From the NCBI GenBank assembly GCA_900545285.1, contig UQYK01000003.1:2287-66286 (forward strand): DNA of 64,000 nt, written 5' to 3'. The position numbers and the translations under genes are program-made. Position 1 is the first letter of the stretch; every line of letters starts with the position of its first letter. The notes under the pieces are model-generated. The model worked only from the letters and a program-made list of their open reading frames with translations. It did not search any database and was not told the origin of the DNA. The DNA is from an uncultured Ruminococcus sp. (GTDB lineage Bacteria; Bacillota; Clostridia; Oscillospirales; Ruminococcaceae). Shown here in pieces: positions 59,645-64,000 of the stretch.

Positions 59645-59686
59645 AAAAAAAGAACAGGCAAACTCCCGAAGAGTCTGCCTGTTCTC
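59645..59686 (-). terminator. terminator of the tRNA operon
   Basis: minus strand AGAACAGGCAGACTC-TTCG-GGAGTTTGCCTGTTCT-TTTTTT. Confidence 0.85.
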
Positions 59687-59771
59687 TGGTGGGGGAGGAC
59701 GGATTCGAACCATCGAAGCAAGAAGCAACAGATTTACAGTCTGCCCCCTTTGGCCACTCGGGAACTCCCCC
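59687..59771 (-). tRNA. tRNA-Tyr (GTA)
   Basis: GGGGGAGTTCCCGAGTGGCCAAAGGGGGCAGACT-GTA-AATCTG, long variable arm, GGTTCGAATCC, CTCCCCCACCA; 85 nt. Confidence 0.97.
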
Positions 59772-59798
59772 AAATTACATATGTAGGTTGTAGAATAT

Positions 59799-59874
59799 TG
59801 GAGCTGGTGGACGGACTCGAACCCCCGACCTGCTGATTACAAATCAGCTGCTCTACCAACTGAGCTACACCAGC
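59799..59874 (-). tRNA. tRNA-Thr (TGT)
   Basis: GCTGGTGTAGCTCAGTTGGTAGAGCAGCTGATT-TGT-AATCAG...GGTTCGAGTCC..CACCAGCTCCA; 76 nt. Confidence 0.97.
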
Positions 59875-59889
59875 GCTGCAACGATAATT

Positions 59890-59918
59890 ATTATAGCACA
59901 TGTCCACCCTACTGTCAA
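59890..59918 (-). promoter_or_regulatory. sigma-A promoter of the tRNA operon
   Basis: minus strand TTGACA, 17 bp, TGC-TATAAT with AT-rich upstream element. Confidence 0.85.
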
Positions 59919-60294
59919 GCATTTTATTTTTGAAATGTGATAAATAAAGTTTTGCGAATCCAAACAGACTAAAAGCAACGTACAGTATACACATATTGCT
60001 CTGATGTATTCTTTTGAAAAAATAAAATAAAACCGAGCGAAAATCGGATCGTGTATAAAAAGCGCGAAAATCGTCTGCCTTTGCGGTGAAAATCCGCAAA
60101 AAAGTTCCAGAGGGGATGCAATTCTTCAAAGGCATATTCGCCTTATACATTATAATAGAAAAACAACAGCCGGAATGCCTTTTGGGGCTATATCGATACG
60201 CAAAAATGTCCCGGCTTTTCTGAAAAAAACATTTCTGCTTGTCGTTTGCTTCACATTTCAAACCATACTCACGCAATTTTCACCAAAAAATCAG

Positions 60295-60323
60295 TTGCAA
60301 TTCCTTCTTATTTGTGCTATAAT
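60295..60323 (+). promoter_or_regulatory. sigma-A promoter of glmS
   Basis: TTGCAA, 17 bp, TGC-TATAAT. Confidence 0.75.
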
Positions 60324-60398
60324 CTATAGTATGTGACAGCCGGCCGCTTTTTCACGAACTGCCGGCTCCTTTTAAAATGATGAAAGTGAGGCACGTTT

Positions 60399-62219
60399 AT
60401 GTGTGGAATTGTTGGATATGTAGGAAAACGAAATTGTACAGACGTTCTGATGAATGGTCTGTCCAAGCTGGAATACCGGGGTTATGATTCGGCCGGCATT
60501 GCTGTATTTGAAAACGGCAAAATCAAAGTTGCTAAGGCAAAGGGCCGTCTGCAAAACCTGGAAGACCGTATGGAACAGAATGGCCGTCCTGCTGGTTTTG
60601 TGGGAATCGGTCACACCCGGTGGGCTACCCACGGGGAACCGTCTGACCTGAACGCCCATCCCCACAGCGGCGGCAGAGTTACCATTGTCCATAACGGCAT
60701 TATCGAGAACTATAAGGAACTCAAGGATCACCTGGCATCCAAGGGTGTGACCTTTGCCAGCGATACCGATACAGAGGTTGTGGCAAAGCTGCTGGATTAT
60801 CGCTATAACGGCAGCCCCATTCAGACCATTTCTGAGGTGATCCGGGATCTGGAAGGCTCCTATTCCCTGGGTATTCTGTTTGCCGATCATCCGGATCAGG
60901 TTTATGCAGTGCGTTGTGAAAGCCCTCTGATTGTGGGTGTCGGTGACGGCGAAAGCTTCATTGCATCTGACGTGCCGGCAATTATTGAGTACACCCGAAA
61001 TTATTATCTGCTGGAGCATGATGAAATCGCTGTGCTGGGCAAGGACGGCGTGCACATTTATGACGTATTCGGTCAGCTGGTGGAAAAAGAACTGAAAACC
61101 GCTGACTGGGATGTAGAGGCCATCGGAAAGGGTGGCTATGCTCACTTTATGCTGAAAGAAATCCACGAGCAGCCGGCTGCAATCCGGAACACCATTTCTG
61201 CCCGGATTCAGGATGGCCTGCCGAATCTGGAAGAATGCGGCATCACACCGGAGGTGCTGCGCAGCTTCCGGCATATTCAGGTTGTTGCCTGCGGTACTGC
61301 AATGCATGCCGGCACAGTAGGAAAATATGTCATTGAAAAGCTGGCACGTGTCCCGGTAACAGTGGATATTGCCTCCGAGTTCCGCTATCGGGAACCGCTG
61401 GTGGGTGAGGGCGACCTGGTCATTATCATTTCTCAGTCCGGTGAAACCGCAGACAGTCTGGCAGCAATGCGTCTGGCAAAGTCCCTGGGTGCAAAGACAC
61501 TGGCCATTGTAAACGCTATGGGCAGCTCTATTGCACGGGAAGCAGATATGCTGATCTACACCCATGCCGGTCCGGAAATTGCCGTGGCTTCTACGAAGGC
61601 GTACATGGTGCAGATTGCAGTGATGTATCTGTTTGCGTTTGAACTGGCGCTGGCAGTGGGCAAGATTGATGCGGATGAGTGCCGCCGCCTGGTAAAGCTG
61701 CTGGAACAGACACCAGACACCATTTCTGAGATTCTGGAGCACAAGGAGCAGACACAGTATATTGCTTCCTCTCTGATTACCGCAGACAGCCTGCTGTACA
61801 TCGGACGCGGTCTGGACTATGCCCTCAGCATGGAAGGCTCCCTGAAGCTGAAGGAGATCTCCTACATTCACTCTGAGTCTTATGCTGCCGGGGAACTGAA
61901 ACACGGTACCATCTCTCTGATTACAGAGAATATGCCGGTCATTGCAGTTGCAACACAGACAGCACTCCGGGAAAAGACCATCAGTAACATTAAAGAAGTA
62001 AAAGCACGCGGTGCGCGCGTAATTCTCATTTGCCGGGAAAATGACACCGTTGATCCGGATGCAGTGGATCTGAAATTCGGCCTGCCGGAATTCGATGATC
62101 TGCTGATGCCGATGATTGCCGTAGTACCGCTTCAGCTGATTGCCTACTACACTTCTGTACTAAAGGGTAATGATGTGGATAAGCCGCGGAACCTGGCAAA
62201 ATCTGTAACTGTGGAATAA
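60399..62219 (+). CDS. glmS: glutamine--fructose-6-phosphate aminotransferase
   Basis: MCGIVG, EYRGYDSAG, GHTRWATHG, SQSGET, VASTK, ELKHG, DKPRNLAKSVTVE. Confidence 0.98.
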   Translation: MCGIVGYVGKRNCTDVLMNGLSKLEYRGYDSAGIAVFENGKIKVAKAKGRLQNLEDRMEQNGRPAGFVGIGHTRWATHGEPSDLNAHPHSGGRVTIVHNGIIENYKELKDHLASKGVTFASDTDTEVVAKLLDYRYNGSPIQTISEVIRDLEGSYSLGILFADHPDQVYAVRCESPLIVGVGDGESFIASDVPAIIEYTRNYYLLEHDEIAVLGKDGVHIYDVFGQLVEKELKTADWDVEAIGKGGYAHFMLKEIHEQPAAIRNTISARIQDGLPNLEECGITPEVLRSFRHIQVVACGTAMHAGTVGKYVIEKLARVPVTVDIASEFRYREPLVGEGDLVIIISQSGETADSLAAMRLAKSLGAKTLAIVNAMGSSIAREADMLIYTHAGPEIAVASTKAYMVQIAVMYLFAFELALAVGKIDADECRRLVKLLEQTPDTISEILEHKEQTQYIASSLITADSLLYIGRGLDYALSMEGSLKLKEISYIHSESYAAGELKHGTISLITENMPVIAVATQTALREKTISNIKEVKARGARVILICRENDTVDPDAVDLKFGLPEFDDLLMPMIAVVPLQLIAYYTSVLKGNDVDKPRNLAKSVTVE

Positions 62220-62245
62220 TGCAGCATAAGGGAAGGTGTTTTGGA

Positions 62246-63565
62246 ATGAAACAAACAAAAATTGCTTGCACACTGGCAGCAGCGCTGACACTGGGCTGCC
62301 TTGCACTGCCGTATGGTGGCAGCGTCTCTGCGGAAGAAGCAGATGACGCTGTTGCAATTGCAGAAACAGCAGAGAGCAGTGCAGTTGACAGCAGCGAAGA
62401 CAGCTTGATTTCAGAGGACGACCTGAATTCAGAAGAATCGGCAGAAACCTTTACCAGCGGTGACTATACCTATACACTGACAACACAGGGAACAGTCTGC
62501 CTGACCAAGTACAGCGGCTCGGATACGGAGCTGGTCATTCCGGATCAGCTGGACGGAAAGGATGTTACGGAACTCGGCGGCGGCATTTTTGCCGGAAAGA
62601 GCAGCATTACTGCAATTACACTGCCGAAAAAGCTGGACACCATCAACGATTCCTGCTTTTACGGGTGCGCTTCTCTGGAAACCTTTCAGGTTCCGGCAGA
62701 GAACACCGCTTTTACGGTAAATAACGGCATTCTGTTTTCCGCAGACGGAACAGATCTGATCTGCTATCCGCCGGCTTATACCCAGACTTCTTATGTGATT
62801 CCGGACGGTGTCGCAGAGATCTGGTCTTCTGCATTTGCCAATACCAAGCTGACTGCGGTAACGTTCCCGGACGGCTTGCTGTACATTGACGACTGGGCAT
62901 TTTCCTATGCCGCACTGGAAAGCCTGGAACTGCCGGATTCACTGCTGGAAATCGGCCAGGACGCATTTGCCTATTGTGAAGGGCTGACAGATGTTGCTTT
63001 TCCGTCAAGCCTGGAGCTGATTGAAGCAGAAGCCTTTGCGGCCTGTGAGAACCTGACGAATATCTCCCTGCCGGACGGCCTGCAAACAGTGCAGATGTCC
63101 GCCTTTGCCGGAACAGGACTCAAAGAAGTCACCATTCCGTCCAGCGTGCAGGAAATCGGATTTGCTGCCTTCGGTTATGAAGTGGATACTGTAACACCAG
63201 TGGAAGACTTCGTCATTTACGGCGAAGTCGGATCACAGGCACAGAGCTATTGCACTGCGTCTGATGAAGAAAACAACTATGAAAACCACTTTACCTTCCG
63301 CAGCGTCATGTCTGAGTCCGTAGACGAACCGGAAAAGACGGTGCAGGTGGAGAAAAAAGAGCAAAGCGCCTTCCAGAAATATGGCAAGTGGATTCTGATA
63401 GGCGTGGGCATTCTGATTGTCCTGGCGGCCGGCATCCTTTTGATGATCAGCGGCGGCAGGGGAAAAAAGAAGGCCAGTGCAGAAAAAAAGGCAGAAACGG
63501 AAAAAACAGAGAAATCAGCGGAAAAGGATACTGCTGATTCCACAGCGGATAAGGACGCAGAATAA
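62246..63565 (+). CDS. BspA/TpLRR surface protein with C-terminal membrane anchor
   Basis: signal peptide; repeated L....P..L..I...AF; F...NGILFS.DG..LI.YP; C-terminal TM plus charged tail. Confidence 0.87.
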   Translation: MKQTKIACTLAAALTLGCLALPYGGSVSAEEADDAVAIAETAESSAVDSSEDSLISEDDLNSEESAETFTSGDYTYTLTTQGTVCLTKYSGSDTELVIPDQLDGKDVTELGGGIFAGKSSITAITLPKKLDTINDSCFYGCASLETFQVPAENTAFTVNNGILFSADGTDLICYPPAYTQTSYVIPDGVAEIWSSAFANTKLTAVTFPDGLLYIDDWAFSYAALESLELPDSLLEIGQDAFAYCEGLTDVAFPSSLELIEAEAFAACENLTNISLPDGLQTVQMSAFAGTGLKEVTIPSSVQEIGFAAFGYEVDTVTPVEDFVIYGEVGSQAQSYCTASDEENNYENHFTFRSVMSESVDEPEKTVQVEKKEQSAFQKYGKWILIGVGILIVLAAGILLMISGGRGKKKASAEKKAETEKTEKSAEKDTADSTADKDAE

Positions 63566-64000
63566 TGCAAAAACATTGGAAACAATGGGCGGCAGTGGGA
63601 TGCGCCCTGTCCGTGTTCTGGCTCTGTCCGCTGCATGCGGCGGCAGAAGCACAGACAAACGGGGAAGAGTCCTCAGACAGCGGCATCTCTATTGATACAT
63701 CCGGAGACGAAAAATATGACGTGTTCACCTATCGGTCGAATGCAGACGGCAGTCTGACCATCACTTCCTGTGATACATCTGCTTCCAGCGCAGAAATTCC
63801 CGGAGAAATCGAGGGAAAGACTGTGACGGCAATCGGAGACGCGGCCTTTATGAGCTGTAGCATGCTGACATCGGTAACCATTCCAGACAGCGTGACGACA
63901 ATCGGCGAGAGCGCCTTTTCCTCCTGTTCTGTGCTGGGGAATGTTACGCTCCCGGACGGTGTTCTGACGCTGGGAGACGGTGCCTTTGAATCCTGCACGG
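63565..64000 (+). CDS. BspA/TpLRR surface protein (3'-truncated by window edge; absent from the ORF track)
   Basis: ATG overlaps the upstream TAA; MQKHWKQWAAVGCALSV signal, then IPGEIEGKTVTAIGDAAF.SC..LTSVTIPDSVTTIGESAF. Confidence 0.85.
   Translation, partial: MQKHWKQWAAVGCALSVFWLCPLHAAAEAQTNGEESSDSGISIDTSGDEKYDVFTYRSNADGSLTITSCDTSASSAEIPGEIEGKTVTAIGDAAFMSCSMLTSVTIPDSVTTIGESAFSSCSVLGNVTLPDGVLTLGDGAFESCT

Noticed and set aside
59687..59874. tRNA genes as possible integration sites
   Set aside because: No integrase or duplicated tRNA 3' end; flanked by core typA and glmS
60037..60095. Three G(C/T)GAAAATC copies in the tRNA-glmS spacer
   Set aside because: Irregular spacing (27 and 22 bp) and short A-rich motif; likely chance
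59734..60276. 180-aa minus-strand ORF and other small intergenic ORFs (10822-11573, 7117-7469, 47632-48407)
   Set aside because: They overlap tRNAs, promoters or the MITE, and have no recognisable motif or RBS

Overview
Mostly core-chromosome DNA from a spore-forming Firmicute. The gene content, two Ruminococcus-style dockerins and BspA-type LRR proteins suggest Ruminococcus/Oscillospiraceae; this is an inference, not a database result. The window holds about 53 CDSs and 2 tRNAs (Tyr-GTA, Thr-TGT). Core blocks: Cys T-box-cysE-HAD-cysS; murA-yycJ-rlmH; rnj-gdpP-rplI-dnaB-tilS-ftsH; tex; nadB-nadC; luxS; yabP-yabQ-divIC-yabR; secG-rnr; a second ftsH; typA; glmS. Accessory genes: two heterodimeric ABC exporters, a Zn ABC importer, a PL11 rhamnogalacturonan lyase with CBM13 modules and a dockerin, a GH73 autolysin, lipoproteins and LRR surface proteins. 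I see no CRISPR array, prophage, integrase, transposase or recognisable defence system. The best leads are non-coding or degenerate: (1) an apparent leader-peptide attenuator in front of an HD-domain plus CmpB/DUF1113 gene pair; (2) a 161-bp MITE-like element with 17-bp terminal inverted repeats and a TTA duplication at a stop codon; (3) a ~700-nt structured leader before RNase J; (4) a ~250-nt leader with a stem at the start codon of the second ftsH; (5) an internally deleted GH5 gene; (6) a membrane-anchored cyclophilin that appears to lack its catalytic residues. All product calls come from motif recognition by eye, without searches.
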